A stretch of DNA of 64,000 bases from Eubacteriales bacterium (GCA_045643285.1 JAZUKN010000057.1:10076-74075), one strand, 5' to 3'. Shown: positions 10,486 to 20,501, counted from the stretch's first letter. Program-made: numbers and translations. The notes: generated by a model from the sequence alone, not told the origin.

Positions 10486-10953
10486 TTATGACCGTTTCGG
10501 AGATTTCAGTACCTCGGAGTCGAGTTGTATCGTAACAGGACCGTCGTTCATAATGGAGACTTCCATGTGAGCGCCGAACACGCCGTGGCTGACCTTATCG
10601 GTGTACTTTTTTATATATTCGGTGAAATATTCGTACAGCGGTTCTGCGACCGATGGAGCGGCGGAGTTGAGGTAGTCCGGTCTGTTGCCTTTGCGGTACG
10701 CGGCGTACAGCGTGAACTGCGACACGACGATTATTCCGCCGTCAACGTCCGTGACCGAGAGATTCATTTTGTCGTTCTCGTCGGAGAAGATGCGGAGCTT
10801 TGCTATTTTGTCGGCGAGAAGCTCCGCGTCGGTCTTTGTGTCGGTGTGAGTCACGCCGAGGAGGATAAGAAGTCCTTTGCCGTCGCAGTTCGCAACAGTT
10901 TCGCCCTCGACAACGACCTTACCGCCGTTTATTCTCTGTATCAGTGCAAGCAT
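10486..10953 (-). CDS. dtd: D-aminoacyl-tRNA deacylase
   Basis: 155 aa. SQFTLYA and NDGPVTI motifs are present, and it lies immediately downstream of relA as in many Firmicutes. Confidence 0.93.
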   Translation of the reverse strand: MLALIQRINGGKVVVEGETVANCDGKGLLILLGVTHTDTKTDAELLADKIAKLRIFSDENDKMNLSVTDVDGGIIVVSQFTLYAAYRKGNRPDYLNSAAPSVAEPLYEYFTEYIKKYTDKVSHGVFGAHMEVSIMNDGPVTIQLDSEVLKSPKRS

Positions 10954-10973
10954 TTTAGTATTCCTTTATTATA

Positions 10974-13208
10974 TCATGTATATCCGCGCGTTACGGAATG
11001 GACGTGATTTATCGAGCGCAGACGCGACATGATCGAATTGTAGTGTTCGATGTTCTTGCATCCGACTGTCAGCATTATGATGATGTCGTTCTCCGTCCGC
11101 TTTTTCGTATTGATCGAGAGAAGCGTCACTTTCATATCGGCTATCGCCATTGTGATATTGGCGATAAGCGTCATATCGTTCTCGGCATAGATCTGGAGCG
11201 CGACCTCGTACAGCGCACGTCCGTTTTCCTGCATAAAGTCGTCCTTGTCCCACTCCGCTCTGAGCCAGCGTTCGCGGAGCTGTTCGTTGTCCAAGCCCTT
11301 TACTGCATTCGGGCAGTCGCGCTTGTGGATAGACACGCCGTAACCCTTTGTGACAAAGCCGATAATATCGTCTCCCGGGAGAGGATTACAGCATTTTGCG
11401 AACTTGACTTCGCATCCGTACTCGCCGTCGACGATAACGCCGCCTGTGTGACGGACTCTCTTTGAGGTCTGCGTCTGTACCTGATCGGTGTCCGTGATGA
11501 CGGGCTGCTCTTCGGGCTTGACGATGCGCTCATATTCGGGCTTGAGTTTTGTCAGTACTTTTGAAACCGTCAGTCCGTTGTAACCGAGAGCATTATAGAG
11601 GTCGTCGGGATCGTTCATACCGAGCTTTGACGCAGCGGCGGCGACGATCTCCGCTTTCTGTGCTTCGGTGGGCTTTACGCGGAAACGTGAGAACTCTTTG
11701 TCTAATTCGTCCTTGCCGATCTTGATATTCTCAGGCCGTTTTTCTTTTTTGAACCACTGGCGTATCTTCGTTCTTGCTTCGCTTGTCTTGACGATAGCGA
11801 GCCAGTCTCTCGACGGCCCTTTCGACGAAGACGACGTGATTATCTCGACGATGTCGCCGGTCTGCGGCACCTTGTCGATCTGCGTTATCATTCCGTTTAT
11901 CTTCGCGCCGACCATTTTATTGCCGACTTCGGAGTGAATCGCGTAAGCAAAGTCAATGATAGTTGAGCCTTGCGGAAGTGCGATAACGTCGCCTTTCGGA
12001 GTGAATACGAACGTTTCGTCGGAGAAAATGTCTATCTTCAGGGCGTGCATGAAGTCTTCGGACTCGATGACGCCGTCCTCAACGTCGACGAGCTTCGACA
12101 CCCATTCGAGCTTTTTGTCGATCTCTTCCTTGCTCTTTGCACCCGACTTGTACTTCCAGTGCGCCGCGATACCGTACTCAGCGATATGGTGCATCTCGCG
12201 CGTTCTTATCTGAACTTCAAACGGGATACCGTCGCGTCCGATGACGGTGGTGTGAAGCGACTGGTACATATTCGGCTTAGGCGTTGAAATGTAATCCTTG
12301 AAGCGTCCGGGCATTGACTTGAACATTTCGTGGATGATACCGAGCGCGGTGTAGCATTCAAGCTCCGTATCGACGATTATTCTTATCGCATAGAAGTCGT
12401 ATATCTCATCGAACGACTTATCCTGTCTGAACATCTTGCGGTAGATCGAATAAACGGTCTTTACACGTCCTTCGAGCGTGTAGTGGATGTTGTATTCATC
12501 GAGCTTTGCGGACACGACTGCGCGCGTGTTTTCGATAAAATCGTGGTTCTGACCGTATTTGTCTTCGATATATTTCGACACCTGCGCGTGTCCTATCGGA
12601 TCGAGGTACGACAGTGCAAGGTTTTCAAGCTCCTGCTTTATCCTCTGCATACCGAGACGGTGAGCGAGCGGCGCGTAAACGTACATCGTTTCAAGAGCGG
12701 TGGCACGACGTTTTTCTTCTTTCTTCACGCCGAGAGTCTTCATATTGTGGAGTCTGTCGCAGAGCTTGATGAAGATGACGCGGATGTCCTTTGACATGGC
12801 AAGGAGCATCTTGCGGATGTTCTCGATGTTTTCTTCTTCCTTATCCTCGACGTTGATCGACTTCATTTTCGTCAGTCCGTCGACGAGCATTGCGACTTCA
12901 TCACCGAAGCGCGCGCGTATCTCGTCAAGGCTCGTCTTGTCGGCGCAGTCCTCGACTGTATCGTGCAGAAACGCCGCGCAGATAGAGTCGGTGTCAAGTC
13001 CGAGAGAGGTCACTATCTCCGCTACCGCTATGGGGTGGGAGATATACGGGTCTCCGCTGACTCTGAACTGCCCCTCGTGGAGCGACTTTGCGTAAAGGAA
13101 CGCTCTTTCGATCTTTTCGATGTCGTATCGGTGGCCGTTTGTCGAAAGAGTGTTTATAAGTCCGGCAATTTCCGGATATTCCGTGGAAGTAATTTCTGTG
13201 TTATCCAT
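10974..13208 (-). CDS. relA: Bifunctional (p)ppGpp synthetase/hydrolase RelA/SpoT
   Basis: 744 aa. It has an HD hydrolase region (HPIAVA, HDTVED), a synthetase region (YRSLHTT-like QSLHTTV), a TGS domain and a C-terminal ACT-like domain. Confidence 0.95.
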   Translation of the reverse strand: MDNTEITSTEYPEIAGLINTLSTNGHRYDIEKIERAFLYAKSLHEGQFRVSGDPYISHPIAVAEIVTSLGLDTDSICAAFLHDTVEDCADKTSLDEIRARFGDEVAMLVDGLTKMKSINVEDKEEENIENIRKMLLAMSKDIRVIFIKLCDRLHNMKTLGVKKEEKRRATALETMYVYAPLAHRLGMQRIKQELENLALSYLDPIGHAQVSKYIEDKYGQNHDFIENTRAVVSAKLDEYNIHYTLEGRVKTVYSIYRKMFRQDKSFDEIYDFYAIRIIVDTELECYTALGIIHEMFKSMPGRFKDYISTPKPNMYQSLHTTVIGRDGIPFEVQIRTREMHHIAEYGIAAHWKYKSGAKSKEEIDKKLEWVSKLVDVEDGVIESEDFMHALKIDIFSDETFVFTPKGDVIALPQGSTIIDFAYAIHSEVGNKMVGAKINGMITQIDKVPQTGDIVEIITSSSSKGPSRDWLAIVKTSEARTKIRQWFKKEKRPENIKIGKDELDKEFSRFRVKPTEAQKAEIVAAAASKLGMNDPDDLYNALGYNGLTVSKVLTKLKPEYERIVKPEEQPVITDTDQVQTQTSKRVRHTGGVIVDGEYGCEVKFAKCCNPLPGDDIIGFVTKGYGVSIHKRDCPNAVKGLDNEQLRERWLRAEWDKDDFMQENGRALYEVALQIYAENDMTLIANITMAIADMKVTLLSINTKKRTENDIIIMLTVGCKNIEHYNSIMSRLRSINHVHSVTRGYT

Positions 13209-13262
13209 TTTTTATGCCTTAAAGCTAATATTTTGCTTTATTAAATTTGTTTATCGTAAGAA

Positions 13263-15425
13263 TCAGCCGTTCAGCCGTTCTTTCAGTGACGAATAAAGGA
13301 CGGACGATTCAAGCGGAGTCTTTCCCCTCTGCTCTATGTATCTGAACGAATATATCTCCGCGTCCTCCGACTCTCTCAGATTCACGCCGAGGAGTCCAAG
13401 CTCGTCGAACACCGTAAGAATCAGTTTGAGTTTGACGTATCCGACGGGGATATTTGCCGATTTGAGAAGGTGGCGGAGCGCTCTCATGCTGAACACCTCG
13501 TGTTCCACCCGAAGTTCATGCTTCAGAATATTGTATACTGCGGCAAAATCGTCTCTCGTCGGTACGACAGAACGAAGCACGTCCGTACCGACGGAATCCG
13601 GCTCGTCTATCAGCTTTCTGTATAGCGCACGGTCGGCGTTCTCTTCGCGTGCTTTCGATAAAGAAAGCCGCACGTCCTTGACGATAAGCTGAACGCTCTT
13701 CTGGTCGCGGAATTCGTTCACGTCGAGCGAGAACATCACATCTACGGTGTCGCCGGGGTACAGGTCAAGCTCACCGAGAGAGAGGCGGAACACCATTGCG
13801 TTTACGTAATTCTGCCCTATCCTGAGCGTCAGACGGGTGTGCTTTCCGCCGCCGACAAGAGCGGTATCGTAAAGCGGTACGTCGTACATGACGAACACCG
13901 GCACCGGGTTAGACACGCCGTACGGCTCGAGCATATAAAGCTCGTTCGCCTGCTCTATCGTTATGTCGTCGGGAGCAAGCTCCATTTCAGCGTCAAGCGT
14001 CGGTTCGGTATCTACGTCAGTGAGATATTCGCGTGCGTATTCGTTGAGTTTTTTCTTGAAATCGTCGAGGTTCTCGCGCTTTATCGTAAGTCCGACGGCA
14101 AGCTCGTGACCGCCGAATTTTTCGAGCAGGTCTGAGCAGTTCTTCAGTGCGTCGACGAGGTTCAGCCCTTTTACGGATCGCCCCGAGCCTTTGCCGATCT
14201 CGCCGTTTTCCGAGCCTTCAAATGATATGAGGATCGACGGGCAGTTATACTTTTCTGTTATGCGCGACGCGACGATACCGATTATGCCGTGGTGCCATTT
14301 ATCGTCGTCGAGAACGATAACGGGATCGTTTTCAAAGTCGTGTTCCGCGGCGATTTTCGCGTACGCCTCTTCGACGATGTCGTTCTCGCCGGACTGACGC
14401 TCGCGGTTGATGTCGCAGAGCTGTTTTGCGATAGGTGCGGCAGTTTCGCGGTCCTTTGCGAGGAACAGCTCTACTGCGATAGACGCGGAGCTTATTCTGC
14501 CGGCGGCGTTTATTCTCGGCGCGACTGTAAATCCGATGAACGACGCCGTGATCTTGCGTTTTTTGCCGTATTTTGAATCCGCACTTGTTGCGTCGATAAG
14601 CTCGCACAGTCCCGGGCGTTCGGTATTTTCGATCAGTTCAAGACCGTACGAAACGATGAGACGGTTTTCGTCCTTTACGGGCATAACGTCTGCGATAGTG
14701 CCGATTGCAACAAGGTCGCCGTATTCGGCTGAGATGCGTCGCACGCAGTCTATCATGCTGTCATCGGGGTTCAGTACACTTTCAACGGCGCAAAGGAGCT
14801 TATACACCACTCCGACGCCTGCAAGCTCCTTGAAAGGATAATCACAGTCCGGTCTTCTCGGATTCACAACAGCGACGGCATCCGGAAGCTCGCTGTGACA
14901 TTCGTGGTGGTCAGTGACGATAACGTCCACGCCAAGCGATTTTGCGACTTCGACTTCTCCGACGGCTGTTATACCGGTGTCAACGGTTATGATGAGGCTG
15001 CATCCGTCCTCGGCGAGCTTGCGTATCGCGCCCTCGGAAACACCGTAGCCCTCGCCTGCCCTGCACGGGATGTAGTACGAAACGTCCGCGCCGTTTTTGC
15101 TCAGATAAAGGTACAGGCTGGAGACGGAAGTCACGCCGTCCACATCGTAATCGCCGAAGATAACGATTTTTTCGCCGCTTACCACCGCGTCAGCGACTCT
15201 TTCGGCGGCTTTCCGCATATCGCGCATCAGAAACGGGTCGTGGAGGATCTCTTCGGTCTTTCCGAGGAACGATTTTGCGCCGTCGACTGTAGTATACCCT
15301 CGGTTGACGAGCAGCATCGCGGTCGTCAGCGAAATGCCCAGCGCCGACGACAGCTCGTGCGCTTCCCGGCAGTCGAGAACGGCGTTATGGGGCGCCGCGA
15401 CTGCCCATTTTTTCTCTTTTCTCAT
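13263..15425 (-). CDS. recJ: Single-stranded-DNA-specific exonuclease RecJ
   Basis: DHH motifs DYDVDGVTS and VTDHHE plus DHHA1 GGHELAVG. I chose the ATG at 15425 (purine-rich AAAGAGAGA upstream) over the ORF-track start at 15464, which has no RBS. Confidence 0.9.
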   Translation of the reverse strand: MRKEKKWAVAAPHNAVLDCREAHELSSALGISLTTAMLLVNRGYTTVDGAKSFLGKTEEILHDPFLMRDMRKAAERVADAVVSGEKIVIFGDYDVDGVTSVSSLYLYLSKNGADVSYYIPCRAGEGYGVSEGAIRKLAEDGCSLIITVDTGITAVGEVEVAKSLGVDVIVTDHHECHSELPDAVAVVNPRRPDCDYPFKELAGVGVVYKLLCAVESVLNPDDSMIDCVRRISAEYGDLVAIGTIADVMPVKDENRLIVSYGLELIENTERPGLCELIDATSADSKYGKKRKITASFIGFTVAPRINAAGRISSASIAVELFLAKDRETAAPIAKQLCDINRERQSGENDIVEEAYAKIAAEHDFENDPVIVLDDDKWHHGIIGIVASRITEKYNCPSILISFEGSENGEIGKGSGRSVKGLNLVDALKNCSDLLEKFGGHELAVGLTIKRENLDDFKKKLNEYAREYLTDVDTEPTLDAEMELAPDDITIEQANELYMLEPYGVSNPVPVFVMYDVPLYDTALVGGGKHTRLTLRIGQNYVNAMVFRLSLGELDLYPGDTVDVMFSLDVNEFRDQKSVQLIVKDVRLSLSKAREENADRALYRKLIDEPDSVGTDVLRSVVPTRDDFAAVYNILKHELRVEHEVFSMRALRHLLKSANIPVGYVKLKLILTVFDELGLLGVNLRESEDAEIYSFRYIEQRGKTPLESSVLYSSLKERLNG

Positions 15426-15480
15426 AGTATTGTCTCTCTTTATATAAATAAAAATAATAATCAAAGTTAAAACTATACAC

Positions 15481-16160
15481 TTGCACGAAGTGCAAACATC
15501 ATTTTTCTTTTACTTGCACAAACCTCATTAAGACAAAAGGAAGAAAACGTTTCACGTTTTCAATTTCATCTTTCTGTCCTGTTCGTTTACGAACGGGCGG
15601 ACGGCGCACAAGCCGAGTTCACTCCGTGAACTCGTCGAGATGCTCCGCATCTCGGTGAGTCACTTTCGCGGACTCCTTGCCAATCCACACGACTTAGGGG
15701 GAAGGTTGCTTCGCTCTATTCACGCCTACCGACTTCGTAAACGAAGTCGTCGAGATGCTCCGCATCTCGGTTGAACCCCTTTGTTTCAGAGTAAATGCAA
15801 CTCAATTATTTATCTTACCATTTAAAAACGACTACGTTTTACTTCATAATGAGCGTCAGCGCGCTATTATTATCGATCTAAATCCTCTACACCGTCGCAC
15901 TCGCTTTGTGACAAAGGGGAGTCCAGAGGGGGAATGAGCTTGCTCCTTCCCCCTTTGGCGGGATGATTCACAAGAAGGCCGCGTCGGTCTTCTTGTGCGC
16001 CCCGCGCGTAGCGGAAAACCGATACTAAACGTAGAGTTTGTGCAGATTCCGCGGGAGGGGAAACCCCTCCCCTACGGTGTATGTGGTGAAAAAAGTGTGA
16101 TTACGCGCGTAGCCGCGAAGAAAACTGAATTTTGAAAACGTCCCCGACGTTTTCTACCTT
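15481..16160. repeat. Double copy of the mosaic hairpin-module repeat (left arm 15513..15812 forward, core 15813..15895, right arm 15896..16160 inverted)
   Basis: Perfect hairpins lie at 15481..15495, 15543..15561, 15578..15597, 15615..15633, 15636..15654, 15730..15749, 15751..15769, 15969..15997, 16053..16071 and 16134..16154. The region is homologous by eye to 44920..45560 and to single copies elsewhere. Confidence 0.9.
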
Positions 16161-16178
16161 ACACCACCGTAGTGGAAA

Positions 16179-16619
16179 CTATTTATTAGCCGAAACAATG
16201 TCGACTATTTCTATATCCGGCTCTTTTTTTCTTTTTGTTCTGTCAAAAACCGCTATTCCGGCGAAGGTCAGCACAAATCCGACTGCCGCGCCGATCAGTC
16301 CCGATGCTTCCGTATGCCACACGCTGTCCGCTACGATATATCCGGCAACTGCCACAACGAGCGGCAGAATGAACACGAGTGCGGCGTATCCGAGGACTTT
16401 TTTGCTCTCCGTTTCCACCTCAACCGTATCTCCGACCTTTGCGCCGAGCGCATTTTTCGCCTTTGTTTTCATCTTTCCACCGGTCGAAAGCAGTCCTGTT
16501 ATTTCGCATTTTCCGTCACAGCCGCCGTGCTTCTCGCATCCGTCGCACATTGTGGCGCGGCTGACTTCTATCACTGCTTCTTTTCCGTTCGTTTCAAGTA
16601 CAACAGCACGCTGGCGCAT
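16179..16619 (-). CDS. SoxR-reducing system RseC-family protein
   Basis: 146 aa. The N-terminal Cys-rich segment is CDGCEKHGGCDGKC, and two C-terminal TM helices give the typical RseC/MucC layout. Confidence 0.78.
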   Translation of the reverse strand: MRQRAVVLETNGKEAVIEVSRATMCDGCEKHGGCDGKCEITGLLSTGGKMKTKAKNALGAKVGDTVEVETESKKVLGYAALVFILPLVVAVAGYIVADSVWHTEASGLIGAAVGFVLTFAGIAVFDRTKRKKEPDIEIVDIVSANK

Positions 16620-16647
16620 GGAAAACCTCCGTTTGTTTGATTCCTTT

Positions 16648-18231
16648 TTAATCAGCCCTGTATTTTGCCATTACGGCACGGGCAATTCTTATCCCGTCCA
16701 CTGCGGCTGAGACTATCCCACCGGCGTAACCGGCACCCTCTCCGCAGGGATATATCTTATTCTTTCCGACTGCCAGAAAATCGTCGCCACGCATTATTCT
16801 GACCGGTGCGGACGTTCTCGTCTCCACTCCCGTGAGCGGAACACAGCCGTCGTCGTAGCCTCTGATCTTTCTGCCGAAATCGTACAGTCCCTCGCGGAGC
16901 ATTTCCGTAACGAATCCCGGAAAAATCTCGGAAAAATCCGCGCATTTGACACGTCCGTCGCGGTACGTCGGAACGATTTTTGAATACTCTTCTCCGCGCT
17001 TGCCGCTCATGAAGTCTCCGACTGTCTGGAACGGTGCGGTATAGTCCCGTCCGCCGGAGACGAAAGCCTTTTTTTCAAGCGTGCGCTGAAATTCTATCGC
17101 GTTTGCGGCGTTGTTTCCGAAATCCGACGGCAGAACAGACACACACACCGCGGCGTTTGCGTTCCGTCCGTCTCTTGCGCGTGTGCTCATGCCGTTTGTA
17201 ACGACTCCGCCCTCTTCGCTCGTCGACGGTACTACAGTTCCTCCGGGGCACATACAGAACGTATAACACCCTCTCTCGCCCTTGCGGTATGAAAGCTGAT
17301 ATTCGCCCTTGCCGAGTGAAACGTCGCCTGCATGTGCGCCGAAGAGAGCCTTGTCTATGTCACTTTGCAGATGCTCCGCTCTTACGCCGACTGAAAACGG
17401 CTTCGGTTCGACGACAAATCCCGCCGAGATAAGCTCGCCGTAAGTATCGCGTGCGCTGTGGCCCGTTGCGAGGATCAGCGCGTCCGTTTCGATCTCTTCG
17501 CCGTCGGCAGTCAGTCGCCCGTCGCGGATGTTTCCGGCGGTGGTTTTGTATCTTATCTCACCGCCAAGTTCCGTTATCCGTCTGTCGATATTCTTCACGA
17601 CCTCGCGGAGTACGTCTGTGCCGATGTGCGGCTTCGCTTTATAGAGAATATCCTCCGGCGCGCCCATTTCGCTGAGTTTTTTGATAACGTACCGCGCAAG
17701 CGGATCGTTTATCCTCGTTGTGAGCTTTCCGTCGGAGAAAGTACCTGCACCGCCTGCGCCGAACTGGATGTTCGTATCGGTGTCGAGTACGCCGTCTCTG
17801 ACGAAATGCTCGACTGCCGCCACTCTTTCGTCGACCGACGCGCCTCTTTCGATAACGAGCGGCTTATATCCGTTCTCTGCGAGCAGAAGTGCGGCGAACA
17901 TTCCGGCAGGTCCGAAGCCTACGATTACGGGACGACCGTTCATTTTTTCGGTGCCGAAGGTCACATCGGGATCGGCTTCCGAATACACGCGGATGCGGCT
18001 GTCTTCGGTTTTCGGCTTTCCGTCGATCTCGGCGTAGACCGTGTAAACGAACGTGATGCCGTGCCGCGCGTCTATAGATTTTTTCGATATATGGAGATTC
18101 GTCGGACGTGCGCCCGTCTGTTTGCGGATATACGAAGCGGCTGTCTGTATTGCCGCGCCGTCAAAGTCGCTCTCTCCCTCGCGGTATGCGACCTTAACGC
18201 CCGTCACTTCGATTTTTGTGAGTTCTTTCAT
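16648..18231 (-). CDS. FAD-dependent oxidoreductase (COG2509-like NAD(FAD)-utilising dehydrogenase)
   Basis: 527 aa with dinucleotide-binding VIVGFGPAGMFAALLLAE and a C-terminal GEGAGYAGGI motif. Confidence 0.82.
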   Translation of the reverse strand: MKELTKIEVTGVKVAYREGESDFDGAAIQTAASYIRKQTGARPTNLHISKKSIDARHGITFVYTVYAEIDGKPKTEDSRIRVYSEADPDVTFGTEKMNGRPVIVGFGPAGMFAALLLAENGYKPLVIERGASVDERVAAVEHFVRDGVLDTDTNIQFGAGGAGTFSDGKLTTRINDPLARYVIKKLSEMGAPEDILYKAKPHIGTDVLREVVKNIDRRITELGGEIRYKTTAGNIRDGRLTADGEEIETDALILATGHSARDTYGELISAGFVVEPKPFSVGVRAEHLQSDIDKALFGAHAGDVSLGKGEYQLSYRKGERGCYTFCMCPGGTVVPSTSEEGGVVTNGMSTRARDGRNANAAVCVSVLPSDFGNNAANAIEFQRTLEKKAFVSGGRDYTAPFQTVGDFMSGKRGEEYSKIVPTYRDGRVKCADFSEIFPGFVTEMLREGLYDFGRKIRGYDDGCVPLTGVETRTSAPVRIMRGDDFLAVGKNKIYPCGEGAGYAGGIVSAAVDGIRIARAVMAKYRAD

Positions 18232-18238
18232 TACGTCT

Positions 18239-19501
18239 TTACGTTTCTTTTCCGAATGTCACGTTTACATAGTATGTCCCGACGGGAAGCACGCCGTCCG
18301 CGTCTCCTTCGGGGACTTCAATGTCCGCTTTGATGCGTATGTCTCCGCTGTTCGAGTCTGAATACGGGCTTACGTCAAACGATATTTTTATGTCATCGGG
18401 TTTGAGACGTGCGAGGACTTCCGTCTTTCCGAGAAGCTCGACCGTGATCGGTGCTTCCTGCCACGTGAATTTTACTCCTCCGACTCCCTTTGCGCTGATA
18501 TTCTCTTCGGGAACGGTAAACTCGCGCACTGCATAACCGGGTTTGAGGGTTACGGTTATCTTTGCTTTCTGAGCGGACAACTCGAGTCCGTCTTCAGCTT
18601 CGATCGTAACGACGCTCGAATAGATACCGCCGTGCATCGCGCTCTTTTCGTCTATCACAACGGGGAGGATGCAGTCGCCGCGGTTAACGGTATCGGAGTC
18701 TCCCGTGACTTCGACAAATTCGGGATCGACGAACACGTTCGCGCTGTCGTATGAAAGGAATCCGTTCCTGAACTTCACTTCGACCGGTACGCGCGCTGTC
18801 TTCATTATTGTAACGGGTGCGGTCACTTCTTTCGGGAAATAGTCGATATACGGGCTTTCAACAACTGCGCCTGCAGCGTCGACAAGGGTGATCCTCTCGG
18901 TCACTGTCGTAGTCTTCGTGATGCCGGACATATCGAGCGTCACAACGGCTTCGGCAACCTTTGTGAGCATTGAGAGCGGCCCCGTTACCGTAACTTTATC
19001 GACATCGTATTCGATAGCTCCGGTGAAGCATCCCTCTGGAAGATCGGTGTTCTCGCGCTTCTCGGCGAGGTCTACCGTTATCTGACCGGAGCGGTCAACA
19101 TAAACAGACACGGTATCCTGCGACACGCCGATGAGCTTGCAGCCCACCGGAACATCGACTACCGTTTTGAGGCTGTAGCGTCCGCTCGCTTCAATGCGCG
19201 AGAGATCAGCCGTAACGACGATATCCTCCGCCGCAAGACGGGACACGATGCTCTTTTTTCCGGACAGCGTCACGTCGATCTTCATACCGTAGCCGGAGAA
19301 GATCGCAAGTTCGTTTTCGGCGAGCTTATCCGTTCCCGTAAGCTCTACGGTGACGTCGCTGACCGTCTGACTGTACTTCGGGCTTTCGACGTTCATAACG
19401 TAAACCCACATTCCGAACGCAACGATCACGCACACTGCGAATGCGATGATCGAAGTAACTTTTTTATTGTTCTGTTTCTTGTTTTTTGTTTTTTCAGCCA
19501 T
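18239..19501 (-). CDS. cdaR: YbbR-domain protein CdaR (diadenylate cyclase regulator)
   Basis: 420 aa with an N-terminal TM anchor and repeated YbbR-like beta-rich segments. It lies directly downstream of cdaA. Confidence 0.85.
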   Translation of the reverse strand: MAEKTKNKKQNNKKVTSIIAFAVCVIVAFGMWVYVMNVESPKYSQTVSDVTVELTGTDKLAENELAIFSGYGMKIDVTLSGKKSIVSRLAAEDIVVTADLSRIEASGRYSLKTVVDVPVGCKLIGVSQDTVSVYVDRSGQITVDLAEKRENTDLPEGCFTGAIEYDVDKVTVTGPLSMLTKVAEAVVTLDMSGITKTTTVTERITLVDAAGAVVESPYIDYFPKEVTAPVTIMKTARVPVEVKFRNGFLSYDSANVFVDPEFVEVTGDSDTVNRGDCILPVVIDEKSAMHGGIYSSVVTIEAEDGLELSAQKAKITVTLKPGYAVREFTVPEENISAKGVGGVKFTWQEAPITVELLGKTEVLARLKPDDIKISFDVSPYSDSNSGDIRIKADIEVPEGDADGVLPVGTYYVNVTFGKET

Positions 19502-19524
19502 AATAATCTCCGTCCGATCCGGTT

Positions 19525-20409
19525 TTATTCGCCCTTTGATGTTTTATCCTTCTGTGAGCGGAAAAGCGGCAGATGAATCTTTTCGTCTTCCTCTCCGACG
19601 AGCTTCGACTGCAAAAATGCGCGAAGCGTACCTTTGTTGTAGCCGCGGACGAGTTGTCCTTCGACTGCCGTGGAGATCGTTCCGGTCTCCTCGGATACGA
19701 TAACGACTATAGCGTCGCTTATTTCGCTCATTCCGATGCCTGCTCTGTGGCGTGTGCCGAGATCCTTGATAATATCGGGGTTATTCGACAGCGGAAGCAC
19801 GCATCCGGCGGCATACACGCGCTTATCGCGGATGATCATTGCGCCGTCGTGCATCGGTGCTTTATTGAAGAAGATGTTCTTTACGAGGAATGATGCAGGA
19901 TTTGCGTCGAGAACTGTGCCTGTCGAGATCGTCTCGCCGAGCTTTGTCGTGCGCTCGAAGACGATAAGTGCGCCGGTCTTTGAATCGGAAAGGTCGCACA
20001 CCGCGGATGTGACTTCGTCGATGACTTTAGTCATATCGGCAGTGCCGCGCGACTCGCCGATACTCTTCAGTCCTTTAAGCGGAGTCGTGCCGAACTTTTC
20101 GAGCATCGAACGAATCTCGGGTTGGAAGAGGATGACGAGCGTGATGAAGCCGATCTGGAATATGTTTTGCAAAATGTACGACATGAGGTACATATCGAGC
20201 ACGTCGCTGATGATCCGCACCGCTATGAGCAGGAGGACGCCGACGGCGAGCTTCCCTGCCCGTTTGTCGCGTATGAAGACGAAAAGATAATAAAGCAGTA
20301 CGGCAACGCAGAGAATATCGACAATGTCGATCAGCGAAATTGATTTTATTGTGCTCCAGATATCGGAAAAACCTCTGAAGTTTTCGACTGTGACGGATTG
20401 CGGATTCAT
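19525..20409 (-). CDS. cdaA: Diadenylate cyclase CdaA
   Basis: 294 aa with three N-terminal TM helices and a DAC domain carrying HDGAMII and TRHRAGIGMSE. Confidence 0.93.
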   Translation of the reverse strand: MNPQSVTVENFRGFSDIWSTIKSISLIDIVDILCVAVLLYYLFVFIRDKRAGKLAVGVLLLIAVRIISDVLDMYLMSYILQNIFQIGFITLVILFQPEIRSMLEKFGTTPLKGLKSIGESRGTADMTKVIDEVTSAVCDLSDSKTGALIVFERTTKLGETISTGTVLDANPASFLVKNIFFNKAPMHDGAMIIRDKRVYAAGCVLPLSNNPDIIKDLGTRHRAGIGMSEISDAIVVIVSEETGTISTAVEGQLVRGYNKGTLRAFLQSKLVGEEDEKIHLPLFRSQKDKTSKGE

Positions 20410-20472
20410 ATATTCAGTCGCCCCTTTCGCGCTCGTAATTTACGTTTATGAAAAATAATTATACTTATTATA

Positions 20473-20501
20473 AGTATAGCACATAATCAGCGGTTTTTCA
20501 A
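20473..20501 (-). promoter_or_regulatory. Putative sigma-A promoter for cdaA-cdaR
   Basis: On the minus strand: TTGAAA (20501..20496), 17-nt spacer, TATACT (20478..20473). Confidence 0.45.

Noticed and set aside
15755-15937. Small ORFs inside the repeat elements (15755..15937, 45179..45430, 45346..45528, 23891..24076, 20579..20836)
   Set aside because: Reading frames are not conserved between homologous repeat copies, no RBS is present, and the composition is dictated by the palindromes.
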